A stretch of 63,404 nucleotides of DNA, the filler included, from Octopus bimaculoides (Eukaryota), in assembly GCF_001194135.2 (NCBI RefSeq). It is 6 parts of 5 records of this genome, joined end to end, with 100 filler letters (N's around TTAATTAATTAA, not from the genome) between each part and the next. Parts side by side here need not be neighbours in the genome. Positions count along the whole stretch, not along the records: positions 1 to 23,017 come from NC_068981.1; 5 more parts are not named here. One strand, written 5' to 3'. Each line of letters begins with the position of its first letter. Position 1 is the stretch's first letter. Under the pieces are notes generated by a model. The model searched no databases. It had not been told where the DNA came from and saw only the letters and a list, made by a program, of their open reading frames with translations. The translations under genes and the position numbers were made by a program. Shown one piece after another: positions 1 through 11,864 of the stretch.

Positions 1-212
1 TAGGCCGACCAAAGCCTTGTGAGTGAATTTGGTAGACGAAAACTGAAAGAAGCCCGTCGTATATATATATATATATATATACGACGGGCTTCTTTCAGTT
101 TCCGTCTACCAAATTCTCTCATAAGGCTTTGGTCGGCCCGAAGCTATAGTAGAAGACACTTGCCTAAAGTGCCACGCAGTGGGACTGAACCCGGAACCAT
201 GTGGCTGGGAAG
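1..212. mobile_element. Two SINE (family 1, tRNA-derived) 5'-half fragments in inverted orientation around an (AT)n tract
   Basis: 1-60 (...AAAGAAGCCCGTCGT) is mirrored by ACGACGGGCTTCTTT... from about 81. Same sequence as the complete SINE at 24921-25340. Confidence 0.85.
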
Positions 213-231
213 CAAGAAATTTCAAAGTCAC

Positions 232-1385
232 AAAGCATCGAGTATGAGCACAATCTGCACGTTAATTATTTACACGGTTTTTCTTATCGCCAATAAACGT
301 CGAACACACGCCGACCGCAAAGAGTGACTGGAACTAGACATTGAAACATATGTCAAGGCGATGCAAAACAACAAAAGAGGTGACCGAAAACTTGCCACCT
401 CTCCTTTGAGCAATGGCACTTTTCATAACCGTATTAATGAAATTGTAGACGTTGACGTTGCTAAGACACAGTTCACTGCAATTCTTCAACATACTAAATT
501 TTGTGAGGGCACACGGTAAGCGTTATTTACACGGTTTTCTTCTCATTGAGAAATCTCGAACACACGCCAGTGGTGAAGACACATTTCACTGTAATTCTCC
601 AACTAACTAAATTCAAGGGAGGGCACACGTTAAGCGTTATTNNNNNNNNNNACGGTTTTCTTCTCATTGAGAAATCTCGAACACACGCCAGTGGTGAAGA
701 CACATTTCACTGTAATTCTCCAACTAACTAAATTCAAGGGAGGGCACACGTTAAGCGTTATTTACACGGTTTTCTTGTCGCTGGGAAATCTCGAACACAT
801 GCCGATGGTGGAGACACAATTCACTGCAATACTCCAGCATACTAAATTTTGTGATCTCTCCACGAAACAACAGCCAGGGAACACCTCTCTTCTTATGCAA
901 AGACCGGTCACAACTCAACATTCATAGAAGACATGCTATTTCGCGAGTCTTTGAAAACCACCACCACTAAGCAATCTGTCTATAACGTGGTACAGAAGCA
1001 CTGACAAATGATAATATTCCAGTAAGTAGATGTGTTCATTATTGTAGATGGTGCGACAGCAATGATTGGACATCATATGGGAATATTGAATTTCCTGAAT
1101 GATGATAATCCTGGTATGACAAATGTTCTCTATATCATTCACATAGAAAGTTTAGCAGCTGCTAGGTTTAGAGCTACGTTGTATAATGAAATTGTAAATC
1201 TAATAAAAACCTACCTAAAAGACTGGAAGACTATATAAAGTATTATGTAATGACGTGAATGGAAAGTTTATGAGACTTACGTTCTTCTGCACCCATGGAT
1301 GATTCCTATCAAAAGGCAATGATTTGGAAAAGCTTACTGCTTTGCATGATACTCTGTCGGAATTGTGTAGAAATCGTAAGTACTT
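232..1385 (+). pseudogene. hAT (Buster/Charlie, ZBED5/SCAND3-like) transposase relic
   Basis: Disrupted frames give PLSNGTFHNRINEI, IEDMLF, VDGATAMIGHHMG..NPGM..IIHIESLAA and FLSKGNDL. These match recalled Buster-type motifs PLSNxTxxRRI, TDGAxAMxG, HCxIHRExLA and RWLSxGN. Confidence 0.8.
505..850 (+). repeat. About 121-bp tandem repeat inside the hAT relic (3 units)
   Basis: Unit GCACACGTTAAGCGTTATTTACACGG...ACTAAATT recurs at about 510, 622 and 743. Two units are identical across a 10-N gap. Confidence 0.85.
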
Positions 1386-1450
1386 CTAGTTTGTGGAATC
1401 CAGTGTCACCAAAGTCTTGGTTCTATAAACCTTCATCCTTTCCATGTATC

Positions 1451-1587
1451 ATTTACTTGTTTTTGTCATTGGAATGCGGCCGTGCTGGGGCACTGCCTTG
1501 AAGGGTTTAATAAAACAAATCGACACCATAACTCATTTTTTTATAGTCTGCTACTTATTATATCGGACTCTTTTGTTGAACTGCTAA
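1451..1587 (-). mobile_element. SINE family 1 3' tail fragment
   Basis: Reverse complement of the ...GGTGCTCCAGCATGGCCGCAGTC...GAAACAAGTAAA tail. Confidence 0.75.
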
Positions 1588-1589
1588 TA

Positions 1590-1760
1590 CAATGTGGCAA
1601 GAACGATCCATTGGGAGCTGTGGAAATAACGGCCTACAAAGAGCAAAGACGTGGTATCAGCAAACTCCAGAAGGAGTCACCGTAAATGAGAATTGCAAAA
1701 TTCTGTGGGATTTAATGATCCAGTGCGATCACCCGACCAGACATCGGAAACAAGTTTTTT
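1590..1760 (+). mobile_element. R4/Dong-clade retrotransposon fragment (region preceding the RLE domain)
   Basis: Translates to WYQQTPEGVTVNENCKILWDLMIQCDH, matching the WYxHxPExVxENxxxKILWD motif also seen in the long copy near 10260-10330. Confidence 0.65.
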
Positions 1761-2309
1761 TGTAACAGTTTATTCTGAAAGCTATGACAATAATATTACA
1801 TCCCACTGGATAGTTTATTCTGGAAGCTAGCTATGATTACCTGTTTAGTTTATGCACCTTGTGCTTTGTGTTAGGCTTTTATGGATTTATTTTATGCTCC
1901 AGGAATTCGCCAGAACTTTTGTCAGATTTAAAATAATTTCTGTGTTACATCTGGGTGAGTACAAAAAATCTCTTAAGTTATGTTATAATATTTACGTGAA
2001 TTTGGAACCCTGCATTTGTGGCAGGTTGTGTAGTAATTTTACTAACTATTTTCTGTTAAGACAAATGTTAAAATTTGTATAGATAGCTAAAGGGTGTATG
2101 AATTTAAATTTTTTATGTAGCCAATTTTTGTCTAATGGTTACTCAGCATGCTTGTATGAAACAGTTTTGTGTGAATTTAAAGCAAACTAGCTTTTTGTTT
2201 GACTTTGATTTTTTAATTATAATTATTGATGTAGTCTGGCAGGCGTTTTGTGTCATGCACTTTTAGTTCAAATGGTTGCTTTGACATTAGATTTAATTAT
2301 GTTTAGGTC

Positions 2310-2450
2310 CAAGGTTCGAAATCCAAGGTTGAACACCGAATTGATAGACATTCCAAAGTTCGAAATCCATTGTTCGAATTCCACTGTTCGAAATCCTAAG
2401 TTCGAACACCGAATTTGTACTAAAATGGAAATCCAGATTTTATGAAATCC
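2310..2450 (+). repeat. Degenerate GTTCGAAATCC minisatellite
   Basis: At least 5 GTTCGAA(A/T/C) cores at short, irregular spacing. Confidence 0.65.
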
Positions 2451-3334
2451 AAATATTTGGAAGGAATATTTTTGAAAAACCAAATTTGTGAGGCCAGGTT
2501 TTGTGTGAGGTCAGTTTTAGTGAAACCAAAAACTGGGAATCGGAGTCCGAATTCTGAACTGTTACCTTTGTAAATATTTTGACTGCACATCTGGTGTAGC
2601 ATTTGCTTTTTGTTTGTGTATATATTTCTTTTGTATGTAAGCTGTTTTTTTATACTGACTATTGTTAATAATATCTTAGAAAAATTTCATGGTGTGTTGT
2701 TGTTTTGGGTTCACCCTACCTCGTTGATTCTGTAAATTCGGGTTATGGCCACCAGGTTGAAACAGTGGGCATCGGGTAGATGCCAACCTTCGCACCGGCC
2801 AACCAATCTTCACACCGGTCAAAAGAGATAAACATCCCTCTGTTAAACTTCCATTAATGTTATATTGCCTGAAGAAATAAACCCAAGATGATCTACTCGA
2901 TGACCACGGATACAACGGGCTACACTGTAATCATCCCAGGAATACGGACTGTGATCTTAGGAGACAAGTGATTTGTGGATACGCGCGTAGTGATGCATTA
3001 AATGTTTATAAATTCTATCCAAGGATTATTGTTATTATTACTATATTTATCCTACATTATATCGGTACAGCTCGAAGTAACTCCCAAAACTGGTTCACTA
3101 ATCAGCATCATTAAACTGTGACCAGCATAATAGGATAGGAGCTTTATTTGCATATTCAAAACGTTTCCCGAAAATAAATTTAAAAGATATATAAATAAAT
3201 AAATAAATGTGTGTGTGTGTGTGTGTGAGTGAGTGTGTATGTGTCTTTGTGTTTGTTTCCCGTAAAAGCATAAGAATGAAAAATATTACTAGATGGCCAT
3301 TCAAATTCACCGCTTGACAACCATTCTTGTTTTG

Positions 3335-3495
3335 CTTATGTCCTTGTGAGTTAGCAGTTTCGCAAAAGTGACTGATAGAATAAGTACCAGTTTTAATAAT
3401 AAAAAAAAAGTAATGTGATCGATTTGTTTGACTAAACCCTTGAAGGTGGTGCCTCAGCATGGCCGCAGTCTAATGACTGAAACAAGTAAAAGTGA
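3335..3495 (+). mobile_element. SINE family 1 3' half
   Basis: GATAGAATAAGTAC...CAGCATGGCCGCAGTCTAATGACTGAAACAAGTAAAAG. Confidence 0.8.
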
Positions 3496-3777
3496 AGAGA
3501 TAAACATCTCTCTAACGTTCGTGTTGACCTGAGCGACATATATGTATTGATGCGAAACTGGAATACTTCTTTTTAACTGCTGAGCCATTTTTCTTTAACT
3601 CCTTAACTAAAACGATTCGATGAACTAACTGGTGGACATGCAAATTGATGGCATAACCAGCACTTCATATGGCTGAGTCCTCGACTTGGTGTTTAACAAA
3701 ACCAATTAGCTACATAGGCTAAGCACATGCTTTCGCGCTTTCTAAAATGTTATTTCAGTGTTGTTACGGATATGTTG

Positions 3778-4005
3778 GTGGAGGCGAAATGGCCCACTGG
3801 TTAGGGCAGCGGACTCGCGGTCATAGGATCGCAGTTTCGATTCCCAGACCGGGCATTGTGAGTGCTTATTGAGCAAAAACACCTAAAGCTCCANNNNNNN
3901 NNNGTGTTTTCGCTCAATAAACACTCACAACGCCCGGTCTGGGAATCGAAACCGCGATCCTATGACCGCGAGTCCGCTGTCCTAACCACTGGGCCATTGC
4001 GCCTC
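3778..4005. mobile_element. tRNA-like SINE heads (family 3) inverted across a 10-N gap
   Basis: GGAGGCGAAATGGCCCACTGGTTAG...TTCGATTCCC (A/B-box-like), then its reverse complement after the gap. Matches the complete copy at 42819. Confidence 0.8.
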
Positions 4006-4404
4006 CCCTGCAATCGATTATATAGTACTGGACACACCAATATAGATGGGACGTTTTTGATCCATAGACCGGTTCAATCAGAGCCACTCTAGAATGAAAC
4101 AGCAACAACATTATGAACAAGAGTAACAACCATAGCAGCAGTAGCAGCAGCAGTAGCAGAATCCAGAATAACAACAGTATTAACAACTACAACAACAATG
4201 ACAACAGCAACAGCAACAACAACAACAGCAACAACAACAACAACAACTAGATCCTTAGATATTTTAAATTCTACTGATTCATGAGAGTGTTGGAAAATTA
4301 AATCTATATAAAAAAAAAAATATGCTACACAAAAATTTCAACTATTTCTAAGTTGAAATTTGTGAATTTATAATTTATTTTCTCATGTCTTTCTCACTCT
4401 TTTT

Positions 4405-5304
4405 GGATCTTTTTTAAAACGGGGGCCACATTTTTCATTAACGAAACACTTTGAAACTTGGAACACTGGTAGAATGTGTCATATAAAACATCTTTTTCTC
4501 TTAGTCTTCTTAAAAAAAAAAGAAATCCATAAATTATTCCATGTTAAAGTTGTATTTCTGTAATTTCAACCAATCACTGACGTCCATTCAGCCGATATAC
4601 ATTAAGCGCCGACTACATAAACAAACGATTCTGAAACAATTAACCCTAACCCTAACCCTAACTCTAACCCTAACCCTAACCCTAACTCTAACCCTAACCC
4701 TAACCCTAGGGTTAGGGTTAGAGTTAGGGTTAGAGTTAGGGTTAGGGTTAGGGTTAAAGCAAATTTAAAATGAAAAAAGCAAATAAAACGAAGAATCGTT
4801 TGTTTATGTAGTCGGCACTTAATGTATATCGGCTGAATGGACGTCAGTGNNNNNNNNNNNNNNNNNNNNNNNNNNNNNNNNNNNNNNNNNNNNNNNNNNN
4901 NNNNNNNNNNNNNNNNNNNNNNNNNNNNNNNNNNNNAACTCTAACCCTAACCCTAACCCTAACTCTAACCCTAACCCTAACCCTAGGGTTAGGGTTAGAG
5001 TTAGGGTTAGAGTTAGGGTTAGGGTTAGGGTTAAAGCAAATTTAAAATGAAAAAAGCAAATAAAACGAAGAATCGTTTGTTTATGTAGTCGGCACTTAAT
5101 GTATATCGGCTGAATGGACGTCAGTGATTGGTTGAAATTATCGAAATAAGACAATTTTTTACATGAAATAAATTCGAATACAAAAATATTTTTCTGTTCT
5201 ATAACACAAAATAGATAAGTATACGAAGTTTGAAAGTCTTTCGGTACCAAAAACACTACGTAAAACATTAATGAAAAATGTGGCCCCCGTTTTAAAAAAG
5301 ATCC
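4405..5304. mobile_element. Palindromic MITE, Merlin-like (GG termini, 8-bp TSD), with a central telomeric array
   Basis: Perfect 37-bp TIR GGATCTTTTTTAAAACGGGGGCCACATTTTTCATTAA (4405-4441 / 5268-5304). Direct repeat CTCTTTTT at 4397-4404 and 5305-5312. The superfamily call rests on GG ends plus an 8-bp TSD. Confidence 0.85.
4641..4756. repeat. (CCCTAA)n directly abutting (TTAGGG)n, axis CCCTAGGG at 4704-4711
   Basis: Read directly, with CTCTAA/TTAGAG variants on both sides. Repeated at 4937-5032 after an N gap. Confidence 0.95.
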
Positions 5305-5968
5305 CTCTTTTTCGCTATTGTTGTTTCACTCCCTCTCCTTTTTTTTCTGTTTTCATCCCCCCCTCTCTCTCTCTCTCCTTTCATCAACTTTCTAAATGCA
5401 ATTCATCCCTTCTCTCTTCATGTCTCTCTGTCTTTCATATTCTCACGTATTCGCCAAATTTTACTTCTATTTCCCTTCACACTTCTACGATTCTTTTCCA
5501 TTACCATCCACTCTTCTCTTCTAAATCTGCCACCTTTCCACATACATGTCCCCCCCCCTTCTATGTTTTACTTTCGCCTAATGTCAATAATATTTCTATT
5601 AAAGAATTTATAAGTAAAATATTGATCATAAGTGGAATTAGACTATTGAGTCTAACATCGTTGTTGCTGTTTAACTCCAAGCCAGCTCTGCCTGAGCAGA
5701 CCTGCGATCAAAAGCATTCCAGCCATGATCATTTCGTTTTTTTTCCCTGTACAGGAAACCCAGCTCTCTCTTTACGGATAGACTCTAACATTTCTGGTTC
5801 TCTCTGTCAGTGAGTAGTTGCTTTCAAAAAAATCCCATTTTCATGCAGTAAAATTCTGTCGACCTCGGTAGAATTTGAACTCAGAGCGTAAAACCAGGTC
5901 AAATGGCACGAAGCAATTTTCCCGGTGAGCTAACGATTCCGCTATCTCGCTGCCTTCGTAATAATAAT

Positions 5969-6052
<84 letters not shown>

Positions 6053-6053
<1 letters not shown>

Positions 6054-6442
6054 GGAAGCCAGACATAGTCTTAATTGAGAAAGAAAGTAAACTATGCTGG
6101 ATCATAGATATAGCATGCCCAGCTGACAACAAGGTATGCGATAAGGAAGAAAGAAAAGTCGAGAGATATGACAGGTTAGCTTGGGAAGTTAAACAGTTAT
6201 GGTCGAGGAAAAAGGTACCAGTAGTACCAATAATTGTCAGGAACAGTGAGCAAAAATCTCGAGAAGTCCGTGGAACAAACAGGGGCTGCAATAAGGGTGG
6301 ATTACTTGCAGAAAACGGCACTGCTTGGAACCACCCGAATACTCCGGAAGGTGCTCGAAAAATAAAAGATGTTACCTTAGTTCACTGGTAGTGAACAGCT
6401 GACACAGCAGTATATCTCCAGCGTTAGAAGCTGTGCAAAGGC
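6053..6442 (+). mobile_element. 5'-truncated R4/Dong copy (RLE domain plus 3' UTR) between (AAT)n tracts
   Basis: RKPDIVLIEKESKLCWIIDIACPADNKVCDKEERKVERYDRLAWEVKQLW is a PD-(D/E)xK RLE motif. (AAC)n(AAT)n lies at 5959-6052 and (AAT)n at 6443-6502. Confidence 0.9.
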
Positions 6443-6502
<60 letters not shown>

Positions 6503-6559
6503 TCTATCCAAAAAACATCGGGAATAAAGACAACAAATGGAGTCTAAAATAACTGAAAA

Positions 6560-6985
6560 GGCGTCGGACTATATTCGAGTAAATAATACTCGTTAAAATT
6601 TATTTTCCAAATCAAAATCATGTATTTTAACTGTGTATCATCTCCATTACTCGCACAACCCGTGTAAACACGCTCACCTTACTGACTAAGTGTTGGACTA
6701 TATCTGAGTAAGTTATATACATTAAAAGTGTTGGACTATATCTGAGTAGGTAATACTCATTAAGATTTATTTGTATTTTCCAAATCGAAATGATGTATTT
6801 CAACTGTGTATCATCTCCATCACTCGCACACCACGTGTAAACTCACTCGCCACACTGACAAAGTGTCGAACTATATCCGAGTAATACTCATTAAAATTTA
6901 TTTCTATTTTCCAAACGAAATGATGCATTTTAACTGTGTATCATCTCCATCACTCGTACAATACGTGTAAGCACGCTCGCCCCAT
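6560..6985 (+). repeat. About 131-bp tandem repeat (about 3 units) upstream of the long Dong ORF
   Basis: TATTTTCCAAA..TGTATCATCTCCAT..CTCGCAC at 6601, 6774 and 6905. The first interval carries an extra internal duplication of AAGTGTTGGACTATATCTGAGTA. Confidence 0.85.
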
Positions 6986-9900
6986 TACGGCCCAAGCAAT
7001 ATCAGACCATTTCCGTTCCTAACCACCGTACACAAAAATTGAAAATTAAGCCAAATAATACCTGTATTATTCAATCAAGGATAACAAACGGGAAGTACGT
7101 ACTTTAAATTTGTTACACACAAAAAATACGAAAAACTACACGTGCAAAACCATTTAACACCAGAAATGAACGAACCGGTATCCTACGACAAAGATGACCA
7201 TCAAAATGAAGGGCCCGACGTTATTCTTCGTGTTCCGCAAATAAAATGGACATGCGTAAATGGACATGCGAGGAATATATATCAATCCTACACGCTTATT
7301 TTACAAAAATGCTCTACCCACACAACGAAAACACAACAATATATACATATAAAATCTGGAAGAAAAATAACGTAAAGATTTGGATACAGCAATGGACCCT
7401 GATAAACTAGCTAACATACGGAGATATATTCTAAAAGAAAAAAAAAAATCAGAAATGGAAATAGAACACTTAAAAGGAAAAATACATCAGGAAAACGTAG
7501 ATAAAAACCATACAACAATGCCAAATAATATAAGTACTGGGACTGTAAAATACGAAGACAGACGAAATATGTCCAACAAAAACGGAGTAAAAAACAAAAG
7601 ACAACAAACCCAGACAGTAGGAAAGTATAATGATGAGCAAAATGCACCAAACTAGAACACCACAGGCAAAAATATGAACGGGAAGGAATACGAAACAAAT
7701 CTAAGACCTGGAAACAGTGAAAACTAATGATTATGATACTCTAAAAGTGAGCATAATCAAAGCATTGAAAGCCACAGATCTCAATATGGACCACCGATTG
7801 TACCTTCCAAAAATTTTAATTGTTCATAAAACAGCATCAATAATAGCATGAACCTGGCCGCCAGAGAACTAATAGCCACAGAAACAAATGTCAATATGAC
7901 CAAGCTAAATGATAAATTATATATGCAGCAGCCTCTGTGGCCACAAAAGAAGCTGGATACCCCCTAAAACCCATCCAAACAGGAGTATCACCACTCAAAC
8001 AAATCCTGTGGATAAATAATATCCAGAAAAAAAAAGAAAATAAGAGAAAGGATCTGTCAATCTTTAATGAAACTAGTAGATAATCAACACTACTGAGCAA
8101 CAAGAAGAGAAGAAAAATACTACGTAAATACAAAATTACAGAACAAGGTATACATGAGGTAAAAGAATAGCTAAAGCAAGATATCCTCACCAAAGCACAA
8201 AGAATCTGCCGGTACAAGAAATGCCAACGTTTCTTTGAACAAAACAAACAGTTCAACTCCAACCCCAAAACATTCTACCAAGACCTTGGCGAAAATAAAA
8301 TAGAGATCAATGCAGCACCAACAGCAGAAAAAAATGGAAGTACTTTGGAAAGAAATATGGTCGGCGAAGGAACAACTTCAGAAAAGATCTATCAAAACAA
8401 CGAACACAGCACTTGAACAACTCTGGACCCCTTTAACAATTGAAGAGCTTACCCAGGCACTGCAAAAACTAAGCCACTGGAAGGCACCCGGGCACGACAA
8501 GATCCCCAACTACTGGTTAAAATGCCTTACAGGAACACATAAAAAGTTGGCTGAGAAATTTAATGAAATACTAGCAGGGCCAGAGACAACGGCTGAATAA
8601 CTCACAGAAGGAAAAGCTATTCTAATTCCCAAATCCACTGTAACGGCAAACCCACAAAATTACTGACCGATAACTTGTCTCCCTACAATTTACAAAGCCT
8701 TTACCGCAATAATATCGCAGTGCATGGGCAAACATCTGGAAGAAAACAACCTGTTTCCAGAAGAGCAGAAGGGATGCTGCTAAAGCTCATACAGCTGTAA
8801 AGATCAGCTACTGATCAATAAAGCCATAACTGAAAACAGCTGCAAAAAGAAGAAAGGTCTAAGTGTGGCCTGCATCGATTACCGAAAGGCTTTAGATAGT
8901 ATTCCCCACACATAGATCCTCGAAACTCTAGTCATGGACAAGGTAGCACCAATAATCATAAAGTATATAAAGTATTCCATGAATAATTGGCAGACAGTGA
9001 TACAGCTCCAGACAAAAGAGGGACTCATAAAAACCAAAGCCATACTCATTAGAAAAGGAATATTCAAGGGAAACACGCTCTCTCCACCCCTTTTCTGCTT
9101 GGCACTGACACCGTTATCTGACATGCTAAACAGAACTGGATGTTACGGCAAAACAATCAGCCATCTCTCTTATATGGATGACCTAAAACTGTACGCTACA
9201 AATGATAAACAGCTGGAAACATTACTACAGACAGTACATGGATTTACCAAAGAAATAAACATGAAATTTGGCTTAGAAAAGCGCACTAGATAAAGCAAAT
9301 GAAATAAGAGAATTAAACCAAAGCCAGACATACGAATACTTAGGAATCAACGAACTAAATACGATACAACACACACAACTGAAAGAGAAGATAAAAACGG
9401 AATACTATAGACGAGTCAGGTTAATACTGAAAACAGAGCTCAATGCGAAAAACAAGATAAAAAGTATCAACACTCTAGTCGTTCCAGTTATAAGTTACTG
9501 CTACAATATTCTTAACCAGACTCTAAATGAAATAATCAAAATAGACAGGAAAACAAGAAAAATAATGACAGGATTTTGGATGCACCACCCAAAATCTAAC
9601 ATAGAAAGGCTATATATACAACATATCGAAGGTGGCAGAGGCCTTATACAGCTAAAAAGCTATTACAAAATAAGCACCATAGGACTACAGAAATAATTAC
9701 TTCAGAAGCAAAGAAAACTAATTCAAATAGCCACGAAACACGAACAAAACAAAAAATCTGTTTTCAGTCTTTAAGGAAGCTGACAAATACAAAAAAAAAA
9801 AAAGAGGTCATAGTACCTAACAACTATGAAGAAAAAGAAGAAACAACAAAAGCTGTAAAACAACTGAAATCCAAACTAAAACTGGAACAGCAACAGATCA

Positions 9901-10771
9901 TGATAAAACGATGGTAAGAAAAAGCCCCTTCATGGCAAATACTGGGTTAAACTAAACAGAAAAGAAATTGACAAAGCAAAATCCCTACAATAGCTGGGAA
10001 ACTCAGGACTCAAAGCAGAGACTGAAGGATTTTTAATTGCAGCACAAGATCAAAGCCTTCCCACCAGAAATCACCAAAAACATGTAATGAAAAGATATAC
10101 AAGTAACTGCAGAATATGTGGAGATGGAGAAGAAACAATATTGTCTCTGGCTGCCTAGTCCTGGCCAAGAAGGAATATATTCACAGATACGACAGAGGTT
10201 GGGACCTGTATACACTGGATGCTATGCCAACACTATAGAATAACAACAGAAAAAAAGATGGTATGGGCACACGCCAGAAAAGGTCACAGAAAATGAGAAA
10301 GCAGCCATACTCTGGGATATGCCAATACATACAGATAAAGAAATTAAGGCCAATAGACCGGATATAGTTGTCAGAGATCACCAAGAAAAAATGCTTTGTA
10401 ATTGATGTATCAATACCTACAGATGACAAAGTTTCTCTAAAAGAAACGGAGAAACTTTCAAAAATACAAAGATCTAGAAGTAGAAGTAACTCGAATGTGG
10501 AGCCTAAAATCAGAAACAATTCCTATCATAGTAGGTGCATTAGGTATGATAAAAAAAAACATTCAGACAGATACATAACAAAAAACACTAGGACTTACAG
10601 GTGTATATAACATACAGAAAATAGCACTACTAGGCACTGCACACATCCTACGTAAAACACTTTCCATACAGTAAAAATAAGAGCACTGCAGCAAACCACA
10701 GCACATACCCAAAGCACACAGGGCTGCGCTCTGTAGTGCAGCGAAAGCACCTGATAAAAATAAGACTACTG
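6985..10771 (+). mobile_element. Near full-length, inactivated R4/Dong non-LTR retrotransposon (RT, CCHC, RLE)
   Basis: Ordered motifs: KWT.EEYISILHAYF, DKLANIRRYI, KAPGHDKIPNYWLK, ITCLPTIYK, EEQKGC, IDYRKAFDSIPH, GIFKGNTLSP, YMDD (9171-9182), C..C at about 10108, NRPDIVV (10355-10363), IDVSIP. Many stops and frameshifts. Ends in (AAT)n at 10772. 5' boundary uncertain. Confidence 0.93.
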
Positions 10772-10967
10772 AATAATAATTATAATAAACCGGCTACCCC
10801 ACAGAACTTGCTTTGTGAGGCCGGTGCTTTTTGCTATCAAAGCTTATAATGTGCGGAAAGGGACCCTGTGAGACCTCTGACGGCAGGCTGCTGTCCACTC
10901 TCACAGAATCTACAAGAACAAACAAGACCGAACGCTCTGAGAAGTAAAGCTATAATAATAATAATAA

Positions 10968-11185
10968 TCCCTGTTGTCATCGGAGCATTGGGTTCAATAC
11001 CACCCAACTTTAAGAAACATCTGAAAACTTTAGAAATACCCTACAATCTAGGTGTATTGCAAAAAGCGGCTTTACTTGGAACTGCACGCATATTGCGTAA
11101 AGTACTGTCTCTAAGAGTATCCGACAGTATAAACCCTCGGTAGACACAATATCTTCAATCTACAATATCACAATATTGGATACTG
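10968..11185 (+). mobile_element. R4/Dong extreme 3' fragment after a short (AAT)n
   Basis: IPVVIGALGSIPPNFKKHLKTLEIPYNLGVLQKAALLGTARILRKVLS, the typical R4 C-terminus. Confidence 0.85.
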
Positions 11186-11204
11186 TGCAACGTTTGCAAT
11201 TATA

Positions 11205-11445
11205 ATAAAAACAAAGAATATGGAAGACTAAGATGACAATTATTCTCGTGGCAAGTGGTGCATTTGGCACAACATCCAAACTTGCCTAAGAAAATGAAGG
11301 AGGATATGGGAACTGGAACTCACATTCTCGACCTGTAGAAACAGGCAATCTTGTATTCTGCAAGAATCCTAAGAAAGATTCTGAAAATTTGAGGTGACTT
11401 GTCACCAAGGCTCAACACAATAACCCTGCTAACATTGCATGTAAT
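11205..11445 (+). mobile_element. Degraded R4/Dong 3' fragment (different subfamily)
   Basis: KMTIILVASGAFGT, then AILYSARILRKILKI in a shifted frame, followed by an (AAT/GAT)-rich tail. Confidence 0.65.
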
Positions 11446-11569
11446 AGTTATAAAAATAATGATGATGATGATAATAATCACCATGATAGTTGCAGTAATA
11501 ATAGTAGTAGCAGCAACAGCAGCAGCAGTAGCAATAGTAGCAGCAGTACTAACAGTAATAGTAGAATTT

Positions 11570-11850
11570 AAACTCATCGAGCTATTCAGGATAATAGACC
11601 AGATATTGTGGTGAAAACCATTTTAACAAAACACATTTGCTCATACATATGTCAATTCCAGCAGACTGCAATACCTCCGTGAAAACGTTTGAGAAGTTAA
11701 CTAAATACAAGTACATTGAACTAAGTACAACAGCTGTACCTGTAATCATCGGAGCTTTGAGGATAGTACCAAATGACACTCTTAAACAGTATTGTCAAAT
11801 ACCATACCAGGAAACCCAAAAGTATCAGAACTGTAAAAAATTATTTCCAT
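11570..11850 (+). mobile_element. Degraded R4/Dong RLE fragment
   Basis: RPDIVVK-like sequence, then LIHMSIPADCNTSVKTFEKLTKYK and VPVIIGAL. Confidence 0.7.
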
Positions 11851-11864
11851 GACTACTGCCCACA

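Noticed and set aside
3778-4005. tRNA genes or a biological inverted repeat
   Set aside because: These are SINE heads (no complete cloverleaf; they continue into the SINE body), and the inversion is centred on a 10-N gap.
4704-4711. Ancient telomere-telomere fusion site
   Set aside because: Polarity is (CCCTAA)n then (TTAGGG)n, the reverse of a fusion, and it lies inside a TSD-flanked MITE.
4937-5109. Second telomeric palindrome as an independent unit
   Set aside because: Near-exact repeat of about 4660-4849 across an N gap; most likely overlapping contig ends.
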